From NCBI GenBank assembly GCA_051453625.1, contig JBOZIK010000001.1, positions 40,644,842 through 40,682,254 on the forward strand: a stretch of DNA of 37,413 nt, written 5' to 3'. The notes below the pieces were generated by a model. The model was not told the origin of the DNA. It ran no database searches and saw only the letters and a list, made by a program, of their open reading frames with translations. Positions 10,021-21,189 of this stretch are shown here, piece after piece; the stretch's first letter is position 1; the number at the start of each line of letters is the position of its first letter. A program made the position numbers and the translations under genes. The DNA comes from Welwitschia mirabilis (lineage: Eukaryota).

Positions 10021-11127
10021 TATGAGGGGAGAAAAACTCAGCCACCCTGCCTGGAGTCATTTCTTAATAGGGAGGTGACAGGATAGGGCATAGGGATGGG
10101 TTTTATTCATTTGCAATTTATGAGGGCTATATGATCTCTTTAGTTAAGTCCCAAGCATAAAATGATAGCTATAAATAATGAAAATAAATGAGAGAAATGC
10201 TACAAAGAGATGGAATGACTAAAAATAAATATAACATATCGAAATGCCAAAACTTATAGAAAATTACACTTGAAATAGTGAGAAAACTTGAGACAACAAA
10301 TCCAATAGGGCTGTATTACCAAACTTTAGTTACATAGGATTATGCATGCGCAAACGAATGGGGGAAAATGTTGGCTGGTAGCACATCTAAGGCTTTTGAG
10401 ATAGAAAATGGGCATAACGAGTAGGGTCAAGGGTTTTGGAAGAAGGGCTTACTAGTTCTAGAGGAATAGAATGAAGTGGCGGACCTTGAATAAGTTGGGT
10501 GTCATAAGATCTAACAAAGAATCACTATAGCAAAGGTGTTTGGTTGGATGGCATTTGGCAAGGGCAATGCTATGAGACTTGGTAGAAAACCGATGCTCTA
10601 GTTGTGCTTCTAGGGTTTCCTGTGCTCATATGTGTTATCCCAAATGGTCCTCTTTCAAAAATTAGTGTTCGTTTAGTATTTAAGGGGCACTCTTAGTGTT
10701 TTACTTAACCTAATAGGTGGCAGGTTGTGACTAGTCCCATTTTGGATTGTGTGTCAGTGGGTTAGGGTTATGAATAGGATTATATTATTACGCTGTCTTT
10801 TTTGTCTTTTCTTCTTCTCTGTCTTTCTATTTCCCTTTTTTCTTTTTTTGGTTTACTATTATATTTTTTTCTAAGACATGTGCGTTTTAGAATTCAAGCC
10901 AAGCCAAGGGAGAATTCAAGCCTAGGGAGAATTCAAGTGGAAGGAGGAATTTAAACCTATGGAGAATTCAAGATCGAGGAAGAATTCAAGCCCAAAATTC
11001 AGCCCAAGGGAGAATTCAAGCCTAATCAAGGATTTGGATGAGGTAAGTGTAGTTTTGAGGCTTGGTTGGGTTTAAAGGATTGGAAAAGGATTTGTGATTT
11101 TCGAGGGATGACTTATGGTGCCACACA
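10021..11127 (-). mobile_element. 5' LTR of the Tat/Ogre-type element
   Basis: Adjacent to the PBS. Termini approximately TGTGTGG (11127) ... CCCCTCATA (10021, decayed CA). TATA-like CCCCTTAAATAC (minus, ~10676-10687). GAATTCAAGCC repeats in U3. The outer boundary is approximate. Confidence 0.6.
10889..11024. repeat. Array of about 7-8 GGGAGAATTCAAGCC-like units (~18-21 bp)
   Basis: agaattcaagcc, gggagaattcaagcct, gggagaattcaagt, ggaatttaaacct, ggagaattcaaga, gaagaattcaagccc, aaattcagccc, gggagaattcaagcct. Confidence 0.85.
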
Positions 11128-12556
11128 TATGGGAGAACATGAAACTTTGATCTTGCAGCTCCCGTGCTACTCATTTGCACCTTATTGTTGTAATGTGAAG
11201 ATGAAGTTTATTTCAATTTTTATTTATTTGCTTCTTATATTCTTATATTGAACCCATTTTATTGTGAAAAAGTGGCTTTAATCATGAAATTACATTGGGA
11301 TGGTTATTAAATTAAGTTAATGGAAATATGATGGTTAGTTAAAAGTTAAGGGTTGTCTACTTCTTGAACCTAACTTGTTTCTTATATGTACTCCTCAAGC
11401 CATTGAGGGTGGAGATGTGGTGTGCTTCATGGCTATTTGTGTTCTCTAAGGCTTTTGCCTGCTAATAATGGCTTTGCACTGCTTGCTTGAGGACATAGGC
11501 TGGTAAGGGGTCAAACCTTGTTAAATCTTTTGTATGACTTTTCGTTTAGTTTGTTTTTACATTTGTTTATTTTGCTTCATGCTGCACTCCTCCCGATAAT
11601 GCTTTGAACTTTCCAGCAAGGTTCTCGAAATTAAGATGGTTCCACACTTAACTGTTAAAAAGGCACATTTTCTCCTGGTGCTTGAGAGGAACGAAATCTG
11701 CATCAATAAGAGTTGCATTGTACAATCTCTAGTTTACAATTGAAAATTTGAACAAACATGTCAGGCTACTTCTATTTATAATGAAGGTGTCCACGAAATG
11801 CAATAATTCTATAATGAGAAACACACAGAGCAATAAAGTTTGATACTTAAGGAATAGGCACCTAAATACATTGACTAGAAAAAATTAAGGCAATGTTCAA
11901 AATTTAGGTGGGACAGATACTTAAGGTTGACTTGACAAGCGGCTCAGCAGAGTAAGACACAGTTTGTAAATAACTTTTGAAGGATTGAACCAGTTATCAA
12001 TGGTCCTACAGCAAGGAAGTAACACGATCAATGATAGAAATTGATCTTTAAAGGTTGCCCTTTTCTTTCTATTGTTTCTTATGAGGAAAGAATATGGGTC
12101 ATTAATACCTATATGTACAATATGCGTTTTCAAGAAAGTATAATTTTACAGTATATGGGACAGTAAGTACAGACAGGTGAGTTCTGAGATCGGCATAAAA
12201 TGCTTTTTCAGGCAATTGAAAAACATCATAATAAAATAAGGTTCGTTCCCTCTATTTCAATTTGTTGTCTACCATGCTCTTCTACAATGACGGTTAGTTT
12301 CTATTTCCCTAATGTCCCTCTTGGCTACAGTTTCAGTTTGTTTTAGGGCATGTTTTTCATTCTTCATTATCATATGCTTTTTGCATTAGTATCTGGACAT
12401 CTTGCATTTTCACTTCTTTGAGAATGTAAACACATTGCATGAGGCTAATCATTCAATGAGAAATGGACATAACATAGTAGCATATGGATCACTTGTATGA
12501 ATAGTAATTTCTAACCTCAATTATATGCTGGTAATATTAATTTCTGTGTCATGCAG

Positions 12557-12633
12557 CTATAACATACATAGACTCTAGTGCTGCTCAGGCATTCAGGGAA
12601 CTCCACCAAGAGTTCAAGACACGTAACATTCAG
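12557..12633 (+). CDS. SULTR4: Penultimate coding exon of a group-4 sulfate transporter (STAS domain)
   Basis: tgcag|CT ATA ACA TAC ATA GAC TCT AGT...AAC ATT CAG|gtatcg encodes [P]ITYIDSSAAQAFRELHQEFKTRNIQ, matching the STAS signature (PVTxIDSSA..LKELYQEYKTRDIQ in Arabidopsis SULTR4;1, from memory). Canonical AG/GT. 77 nt, splices in frame to the next exon. Confidence 0.9.
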
Positions 12634-12845
12634 GTATCGTATGGTGTGTTATAATGGCAAGATAATTTTGAATGCATATAAATGCCAGTTAGATAAGAAA
12701 TCAAAAGTGCCAAAGCTGAACGCAATGTGCCATTATGCAATCTTAAAAAAGTCCAAGATATCTATTCAAATTGTCTGGAAAATCTTTGTTTATAATCTCC
12801 ATTAACATAACCTTTTTCTTATCCATATCGATTGGCTAAATTCAG

Positions 12846-13130
12846 ATGGCTCTTTCAAATCCCAACCAACAAGTGCTTTCTACGCTTTCGAAGTCTGGGA
12901 TTCTTGACCTCATTGGCAAGCAGTGGTATTTTGTACGGGTTCATGATGCTGTTCAAGTTTGTCTTTCTCACATGCAAGGCAGGTTGGAAATATCTAATAA
13001 TTATACTGATGAAAACAAACAAGATATCTTGAGAAAGCAAGGGAATTCACGTATTCCTAAGTTTGTGAAAAGGAATGATGCTGACAATTTGATAAGGCAA
13101 CCTCTAATTACAGAGAAAAGTGACAAGTGA
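12846..13130 (+). CDS. SULTR4: Last coding exon of the group-4 sulfate transporter
   Basis: Acceptor ggctaaattcag| with a CTAA branch-like motif. MALSNPNQQVLSTLSKSGILDLIGKQWYFVRVHDAVQVCL...RQPLITEKSDK*; the W-F/Y-FVRVHDAVQVCL motif and terminal E/Q-PL motif are typical of SULTR4. Intron 12634-12845 is GT..AG. Confidence 0.92.
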   Translation: MALSNPNQQVLSTLSKSGILDLIGKQWYFVRVHDAVQVCLSHMQGRLEISNNYTDENKQDILRKQGNSRIPKFVKRNDADNLIRQPLITEKSDK

Positions 13131-14122
13131 GACTTATTGATTTGCATGTAATGCATTCTTTCTTTGCATGTTTTCATTCTTATCTGTTCTAATAACACAT
13201 CATTGAAGGCAACAATTTAAACTATCAAGTATTTTAATATTCTGAAAGTGAAAATACTCTTTATCACTAAATGATGCCTTCTAAATAATTTGACTTTTAA
13301 TGATGAGACATGGTCTCCTTACTAATATACTGAGATAGTTTCCTATACATTTAAGCATGTTAGAAATCTGATCCTAATCTTGAAGGAATCACATTAGTGA
13401 CAAAACAAAATCTGTTTATTCACAAACATAGTGTAAGAAAGATGTACTGTTTCTAAAATTTTAGGCATCCAGTCACCTATAAAAAAGGCACATAGAGACC
13501 TTCCTTGTCTTCATGGAACATGCAAATCGGTTCAAATGAATATACTAAAGCATGAAAAAATAATTTACACTTTACTTTAACAGATAAGCATGTTGGAATT
13601 CCACTCTGATCAGGTGCAATCCTACCATTGCAAGTTGCTAAGTGATCAAGAAAGGTTGATAAGCATTCTCGATCAAAGGCAGCTTCAAGCCTGAAGGAAG
13701 AAAACTCCCTTGGATCTGTTCTAGTGCATGTGTGAAGAAAATAGACATTGACATTGCATAAAGCATGGTCTCCGTACAAAAATATGGCCAGTCAGTATTG
13801 ATCAATTTGGGAATATTCCCATGCTATTCTTAACTATCTGGCAGTTAAACAGTAATGAGGCCTCGAGTCATCATGGCCAAGGAACATGTCATCTTGCCTG
13901 TTCAATGTGTTAGCTTGGAACATGGCAAATGCTTAATAATGCAGGTAGAAAAATGAATGACTCATTAGAATCATGGCACTATTATCAGGAATATAAAGAA
14001 TGTTTTATGTCAATACCTAGGTCTCAAAATTTTATTAAAGTTATCAGATTACTCACAATAAAGAAAACCTTATCTATTATTGTCTTGCACATGATATTAT
14101 GATTCATGATAGGTACCACTGA

Positions 14123-14202
14123 CTATTCTCTTCTGTTTCTTTTCTTTTGCGCATGGAAGAGGCTATTCTCTTCTGTTTCTTTTCTCTTGCGCATGGAAGA
14201 GG
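14123..14202. repeat. 40-bp direct tandem duplication
   Basis: ctattctcttctgtttcttttctYttgcgcatggaagagg twice (14123-14162, 14163-14202), one mismatch. Confidence 0.95.
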
Positions 14203-15005
14203 CAATAAGCTACGTATTTCAAAACTGCTCACAGATGGGTTGTGAAATTGAAAAGTCGCGAGTCTCTGACTTTGGACTTTCATTAACAGGATAAATTATT
14301 ATGTGGAACAGTGTGCACTGAAAAAAGCACTTGAAATACTTAATAACAAAGTTCATAGGATGTTCTATCATGTGAACAGTTCTTCATAATTATAATTGAT
14401 TAAAATAATGTCATCCATGATTTTTAATAAATATGCTCAACATGTGAGTACTATTTTCTTTATAAAATCTGTCTTTGTAAATAACCCATTTTCCAAGGAC
14501 ATGCAGCATGCTAGTCCTTAATTATAAAAATGAAAGACGAGTAACAGCAAGGCTTTTTAGAAGTTAATAACCCTGGTTTTTATATTGAATACCTTGCGCT
14601 AGGTATACTTGTTTGGGGGGGAAAGGCTTTCTGATTCATCTCTTAAAAGTTTCATTGAAGAACAAGGAAGCCACACTTTTACACTCTCAATTGATTCTTC
14701 CATACTCATTTTTTCATCTAAGAGGGATTGTTATGATCATTGGCTGTGTAGATTCCAATTTTTTAAATATGTTTTCTATTATGTTTGCTGTTATATAATT
14801 ATCATCAGGATGTCTCATGTTATGTTTTACCATATCTTTTTCAGTGACTAGGCAGAAGAACACTTGCAAGCAGTTTAAACAGATCTTGTTCAGTGGTTAG
14901 GCAGAATGCTTAAGAGCAATGTGAACAAAATGCAAAGAAGGAAATAAAACAACAAAGAAAACAAACAGGAATATTTTTCTAAGCTAGTTTATCAATGTGC
15001 CTACA

Positions 15006-15330
15006 CCTATAATAATGGAGGATTCCTCTTCTTTTTACAAATGCGAAACAAAAGGGGGTTGTACTGGGAAATTCCTCTCTTACCAACAATCAAGCACAAA
15101 ATAGAAAACAGAACAGCCAAGGGAGAGCGACCACAATAGCAGGCCATGATGAGTGCAACTAAAATGAAAAAGGGAAGAAAAATGTAAATGCAGTAGCTCC
15201 AATCACTGCCCAATTTTGTCTTTCTTCTTTCCCCTATATCTGCCAACAGTCAGAATCGTCTTTCCTCAGCAATTTCACCACCGCTGCCAAAGCTGCAAGT
15301 TCACACACCACCTAGAATTTTTAAGTTGAA
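15006..15330 (-). mobile_element. Possible short 5'-truncated LINE 3' fragment
   Basis: Minus strand TCT GAC tg TTG GCA GAT ATA GGG resembles the ADxLAxxG end of plant L1 RNase H, followed by T-rich UTR-like sequence. Weak evidence. Confidence 0.3.
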
Positions 15331-15603
15331 GGGCTTTCACAACATATCAGCTAGATTCATTAAGGTATCAATGTTTTTGCTTTTAAAATATGGAGATATA
15401 CATCTGGTCTGGGACAGGGCCCATCAGGTTAACAAAAAAGAGGTACAACCTACCCATGGAATATCCTGAGGCAAAAACAATACAAGAAGCCCCAAAACAG
15501 GAGGTGGGGGCTGAACCTAACAAAAAAGGCAGAACACCAAGCTGATAGTCGTAAAGAAAACGCAAAAACAAAACTACAAAGACTACTCAAAGCCTAGGAG
15601 AAG

Positions 15604-15849
15604 GTCCTTAATAATAACCCTAGATAGCAAGACCTACACACAAGACATACAAGTCACCAAAATAAAGCCAACTCAATCAGTACCATAAATACTACCAACA
15701 GCGTCCTTATTAATAAACCTAGACAATAGCAAGACCTACACACAAGACAAACAAGTCACCAAAATAAAGCCAACTAAATGAGTACCATAAATCCAATGCC
15801 ATTGCTTCTAGTCACCCAAGAGCCTAGAAGGTCCTTACTAATAAATCTA
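15604..15849. repeat. ~100-bp tandem duplication plus a partial third copy
   Basis: gtcctta..tagcaagacctacacacaagaca.acaagtcaccaaaataaagccaact.aat.agtaccataaat at 15604-15690 and 15703-15792. The head motif agcctag..aaggtcctta recurs at ~15821-15849. Confidence 0.9.
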
Positions 15850-16200
15850 ATAGTTTGAGCACAAGTGACCAAAGAGTTATTAAAAAAAGCTCATTTTGCA
15901 CTTTCTAGACCTATCAAATGGCCATAGCTGCTTTGTCACTGTTTTCTCGAGAGATTGAGCATGTTATGCCACAACTACAAATTATTCCTCGTATTGCTCA
16001 AAATCATCTGCGTAGGTAGAACACCAAAAGCTGCTTAATGGATTCTTCACTATATGGGCAAAAGGGACAACATGAGCGAATGGGGTTTCCCCATTATATG
16101 AAGCCTATTTTGAGTAAGGGTGGTTTTTGGGTGACGAACCAGCTAGACACCTTAATGCAAGGCTTCTAATTACTCTTTCAAATCTTGATCCGTCCATCAC

Positions 16201-16205
<5 letters not shown>

Positions 16206-16256
<51 letters not shown>

Positions 16257-16268
16257 GTATATATATAT
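16206..16268. repeat. (TA)n microsatellite with two G interruptions
   Basis: Directly visible; lies inside the LINE coding remnant. Confidence 0.98.
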
Positions 16269-17869
16269 TCATCAGAAAATCCTTCCCATTCCTAAAGATG
16301 TAATGACCCCTTCCTTGCTCTCTAGCATTGTCCAAGGCATTTGGAATTTCAAGCATCCTGACCTCATGATCTCTATTTTCAGGAATAGGGAGACAGATCC
16401 AACCCTGATCCTTAANNNNNNNNNNNNNNNNNNNNNNNNNNNNNNNNNNNNNNNNNNNNNNNNNNNNNNNNNNNNNNNNNNNNNNNNNNNNNNNNNNNNN
16501 NNNNNNNNNNNNNNNNNNNNNNNNNNNNNNNNNNNNNNNNNNNNNNNNNNNNNNNNNNNNNNNNNNNNNNNNNNNNNNNNNNNNNNNNNNNNNNNNNNNN
16601 NNNNNNNNNNNNNNNNNNNNNNNNNNNNNNNNNNNNNNNNNNNNNNNNNNNNNNNNNNNNNNNNNNNNNNNNNNNNNNNNNNNNNNNNNNNNNNNNNNNN
16701 NNNNNNNNNNNNNNNNNNNNNNNNNNNNNNNNNNNNNNNNNNNNNNNNNNNNNNNNNNNNNNNNNNNNNNNNNNNNNNNNNNNNNNNNNNNNNNNNNNNN
16801 NNNNNNNNNNNNNNNNNNNNNNNNNNNNNNNNNNNNNNNNNNNNNNNNNNNNNNNNNNNNNNNNNNNNNNNNNNNNNNNNNNNNNNNNNNNNNNNNNNNN
16901 NNNNNNNNNNNNNNNNNNNNNNNNNNNNNNNNNNNNNNNNNNNNNNNNNNNNNNNNNNNNNNNNNNNNNNNNNNNNNNNNNNNNNNNNNNNNNNNNNNNN
17001 NNNNNNNNNNNNNNNNNNNNNNNNNNNNNNNNNNNNNNNNNNNNNNNNNNNNNNNNNNNNNNNNNNNNNNNNNNNNNNNNNNNNNNNNNNNNNNNNNNNN
17101 NNNNNNNNNNNNNNNNNNNNNNNNNNNNNNNNNNNNNNNNNNNNNNNNNACTGAGTAGTAAGCCATAGAATGGCCCTAGTCCATTCCACCATCTCTTGGG
17201 TAACCACGTCTGAAATCCAATTATTATTTCTAGTTAGGTCACCCTTCCTAATAGCCTACTTACTCACATTCTGAATCAAGGGAGTCACTTTCCTTGTCCC
17301 AAAAAGCAGAGCCCCTCTCCCAATGTGAGTTGTTCCCATCTAAAATCTTCTTGATCCCATACTTTTTTCTTAACAAAAGCTGATCAACGAGTGTCATCTT
17401 TGTGAAGGCTTCAAACATGATCGCTAAGAGATTTGTGATGCACCTTCCTAACACCAAGTCTACCTTCCAAATTAGGGCAAGTGACACTATCCTAGTGAAT
17501 AAGATGTGTTCTATGTGGGCCCTTGCCACCACTCTATAAAAGATGGTGGAATCTAGAATTCATTTCCTTGTAGAATGTGGGTGGGTTTTTGAGCATAGAC
17601 ATGTGTAAAGAGCCCTGCTAGACAACATGGACCTAAAAATTAGAATCTTACTAGCTTCAGAAAGGAAATTACTCTTCTACTTGGACAATCTCAACCACCA
17701 CTCATCCACTACTTTATGGCATAAGGCACCCTCAATATGGCCTTTGAAAAATGGAATGCTAAGATATGAGTCAAGGAATGTTTCCTCTTGATAGTCGAGA
17801 CTATCAAGGATGTCTCTTTTAAAGGTGCTACCCATGTTGAAGAACGCTTTTGACTTATTTTGGTTTCAT

Positions 17870-18234
17870 TGTAGATTTATCAACAAGAATGCACTAAAAC
17901 AAAACAGAACAGCAAGCCAAAGAAAGAAATGACACATAGATTAATGTATTTTAGACCCTTTTTACTCTACGTCCACAAGAAGCAATATAGATCTCTATTG
18001 ATAGATTAAGAGAAAAATGTCAAGACCCATACAGACAACTCTCAAGCAAGTCTAAATAAGCCTAGGGTTAGGGTTTCAAGCCGATCTTATCTTTCATCCT
18101 TTCTCTGTCCTTTTTAATAAATCATCCCAAGGGAGTTAATACCCTAACTTTCCTTCTGCAACAGTAGAGGAGGGGTCAATGTTAAATCATAACATTACAA
18201 CATAAAATAACAAATTTAGCTTCACATATCAACA
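17870..18234 (-). mobile_element. 3' LTR (~365 bp) of a Tork/Tnt1-type Copia element
   Basis: TG at 17870 and CA at 18234. Adjacent polypurine tract (minus TCAAGTGGGAGA|TGTTG, 18235-18246). LINE coding frame stops exactly at 17869. Confidence 0.8.
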
Positions 18235-18249
18235 TCTCCCACTTGAAGA

Positions 18250-21189
18250 CAACTTTCTCATGCCTTTACGATCAGCTTCTAAAGCCTTAAAATCAACAAT
18301 CTTTGAGTCCAACACTTTCCATATAGGTGTAATGCTTACAACTATTTATTGCCTTTGTGATGGAATTAACAAGAAAACATTTTGTTTTGACTTTAACAAG
18401 ATGGACCTTCTCCTTCTCCACCACATCCCAAATAAAGTGATACTTTATGCCAATATGCTTTGTACAAACATGAAATGTAGCATTCTTAGCCAAGTGTATA
18501 ACACTTTGGCTATCACAACAAATGACATACATGGTTTGTAAAAGACCAAACCACTCAAGCATGCACCTCAACCTAATCATCTCCTAGGTTGTCTTAGTTA
18601 AAGCCATATACTCTGCCTCTGTGGTGGACAAAGCTATGTCACTCTGAAGATGTGACATCTAACAAACAACCTCACATCCAAGTGTAAGTACATAACATGT
18701 AATAGATTTCTTGGTCTCTTCATAACTTACAAAATTGGCATCAAAGTAACCAACAACCTTCAAGGAGGAATCACCAAAGCATAAAGAACGATTTTGAGTG
18801 CCTTCTAAGTATTGCAGAGTCCACTAAACTACTTCCCCATGTGTCATTGTAGGATTACTCACGTAGTTGGAAACAACTCCCATTGCATTTGTAAGATCTA
18901 GTTAAGTGTAGACCATGGCATACATAACACTACCAACTACAAAAGTGTAAGGAACATCAACTATACCTCTCTTGTCTCCACTCAAAATAGTGTAATCTCC
19001 TTTTGTAGTTTAAGTGTCTTGCTAATAAAGTAGAAACAAGAGAGCAATTAGCCATCCTAAACCTCTCCAAGACGTTATCAATATAATTAGATTGATGCAA
19101 CCATAGTATTTGACTTTTCTTAACTCGTTCAGGTCTCATTCCAAGGATTTGTTTTGCTTGCCTAAGGGCTTTTGTGGCAAACTTCTTTGCGATCTATGAT
19201 TTCAATCTCTGTATTTTATGTAAATTATTCCTAGCAATCAACATATCATCCACATATAATAAAAGAATGGTAATCTTACTAGTGGTTTTTATTAAATTAA
19301 CTTATGATCTATCTTGCAACTTTTATATTTTTATTCTGTCATAAAGGTTTCAGAATTTTTGTACCATTACCTGAGTGCCTCTTTTAGGCCATATAAACTT
19401 TTCTTCAACCTGCATACCATGTTTTTGTCATTCTTAAAACCTTTTGTTTTTTCTATATAAATTTCTTTTTGTAAATCACCATACAAAAAAGTAGTTTTAA
19501 TAACCAATTGTTCTAATTCTAAATCCATGCAAGCTACCATAGCCATATTGATGTGGATAGAGATATATTTAATCACATGAGAGAAAATTTCATTGAAATC
19601 AATGTCTTTCTTTTATCCAAAGCCCTTCACTACCATTCTGACCTTGTAATGTTTTGTCCATTATTTTCTTGTTTCAACTTGTAAATCCATTTGTTTTGCA
19701 ATGCCTTTTTCTTGGGTGGCAAAGGCACTAACTCCGAATTGTAGTTTTGCTCTAAGGATTTCATTTCCTCGTTCATAGCCTCTATCCATTTATCAGCTTT
19801 ATGAATATAAATGGCTTCCTAATATGACTCTGGTTCTTCTACATCGGTGCAAACAATATAATTCAATAATCGAGAAAATCTAAAAGGTAGTCTATTAAGC
19901 CTAGTAGAATGCCTAATCCAATGATCTAGGTCGGAAAATTCTCTTAACATTTTTGATTAGGTTTAGGTTCAATTTCAGAAACATTCTCTTGTTCTACTTC
20001 TTTTTCTTCCTTCTCTAAGGAACTACTTTAAAACTCATCTTCAATTATGCTATGATTTCTAAGCTGATCTAGAATATTGACATGCTTCAGAAGATTGTCA
20101 GGCGTAGAAATTCCCTCATTTTAAATCCTTTCTTGTGATTTAAAGTGAATTAAGTCTTCAATGAAAACCACATCACGTGATTTAATCACCTTTTTTGCCA
20201 TGGGATCCCATGCTTTGTAACCATGGTCATCACCAGTGTAACCTAGAAATGGCTCTTTTTCCAAACTTTGAAGAATGTTGTGATGAACATAGGCTTCACA
20301 TCCAATCATTCTAAGGTAAGAATAAGGATAAATCTCCCACTCCATTGACATTCTAGTACCTATCCATTCATTCCATGAAGTAGATGCCTATTTAGCAAAT
20401 ATACAATAGTATTTGCAATGTTAGCCTAAAACTATTTGGACAAACTAGAACGTGTGATAACAGCTCTCACTCTTTCCGAAATGGTCTTATTCTATATTTC
20501 AGCAACTCCATTTTGTTGTGGAGTTTTAGGCATCATTCTGTTATGAATGATTTTAGTTTCCTTATAGAAGTTGTCAAACTCCTGGGAAGCAAACTCACCT
20601 CCATTATCTGTCAACAATTCTTTGATTTTACAATCAATTTCATTTTGAACTCTAGTTTTAAAAATTCTATATGTTTGAAAAGTTTCATCTTTTTAACTTT
20701 AATGTATACAACAACAACTTTCTAGAATAATCATCAATAAAAGTAATGAAATATACAACATGTTGTAGCAAGGTGTGTTCAATGGGGCTAATCAAATCAC
20801 AATGAATTACATCTAATGTATATTGTTTTAAATGCTTACTATTTCTTCTAAAATTCACTCTCATATTTTTATCAATCACACAATCTAAACAAAAATCAGA
20901 AGAGAGAAAATTTGGTTAATAAACCTTTAAAAGTAAGTATCTCTAGACCTAGATTACTCAAATGCCTGAATCACTTATGCTAAATACCTACTATAACTTC
21001 TCTATTTGTAACACAAGCAATACTAAAGTTGACCAGTTGAGATTAAATTGTTTATCAAACTTGGAACATATCTGACATTGGTCAAAATGATGGTCTGGCC
21101 ATTCTACCTCCTCAGTGTAATCGTTCCTTTGATCTAATATCTACGATCATCTCTCAACCAAACGCATGAACCATTAGTGACAGGTTCAT
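18250..21189 (-). pseudogene. pol: Degenerate Copia pol (post-protease region, GAG-pre-integrase, integrase, RT, RNase H), Tork/Tnt1-like
   Basis: LTNVRYVPSL..ISTGQL; LDVIHCDLISP; YFITFIDDYSRK; DNGGEF; PQQNGVAE; FLGY..GYKAWDP; CRLKKSLYGLK; LLYVDDMLIA (~19232-19265); LWLHQSNYIDNVLERFRM; ALSTTEAEYMA; CDSQSVIHLAKNATFH..TKHI. INT-RT-RH order indicates Copia. Confidence 0.95.

Larger units (their letters stand above)
15380..17869 (-). mobile_element. Degenerate L1-type LINE, 3' part of ORF2 and 3' region (spans the gap at 16416-17149)
   Basis: NQNKSKAFF; SYLSIPFF..RLSK*KSNFLSEASKIL (YLGxP..LxxWK..LSxAGR); HLIH*DSVTCPNLEGRLGVRK (HLVxWxxVCxP..GGLG); zf-RVT PLTQNRLHIMG..RSCCPFCPYSEESIKQL (~16040-16125); I**V*KVQNELFF (WxIWxxRN, ~15885-15925). 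Confidence 0.85.

Noticed and set aside
12578..13198. Alternative and antisense ORFs over the SULTR4 exons; ATG at 12846 as the start of a 94-aa gene
   Set aside because: These are shadow frames. The ATG directly follows a splice acceptor and is an internal Met.
13477..15571. Short hydrophobic ORFs (13477-13779, 14106-14294, 14609-14851, 15007-15246, 15383-15571)
   Set aside because: No recognisable domains, mostly non-ATG starts, and composition expected from T-rich non-coding DNA.
17865..21189. Identical TTCAT before both the Copia LTR (17865-69) and the Tekay LTR (21185-89), read as a TSD around the Copia fragment
   Set aside because: The second TTCAT is part of Copia coding sequence with no 5' LTR there. 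A 5-mer match in AT-rich DNA is most likely chance.
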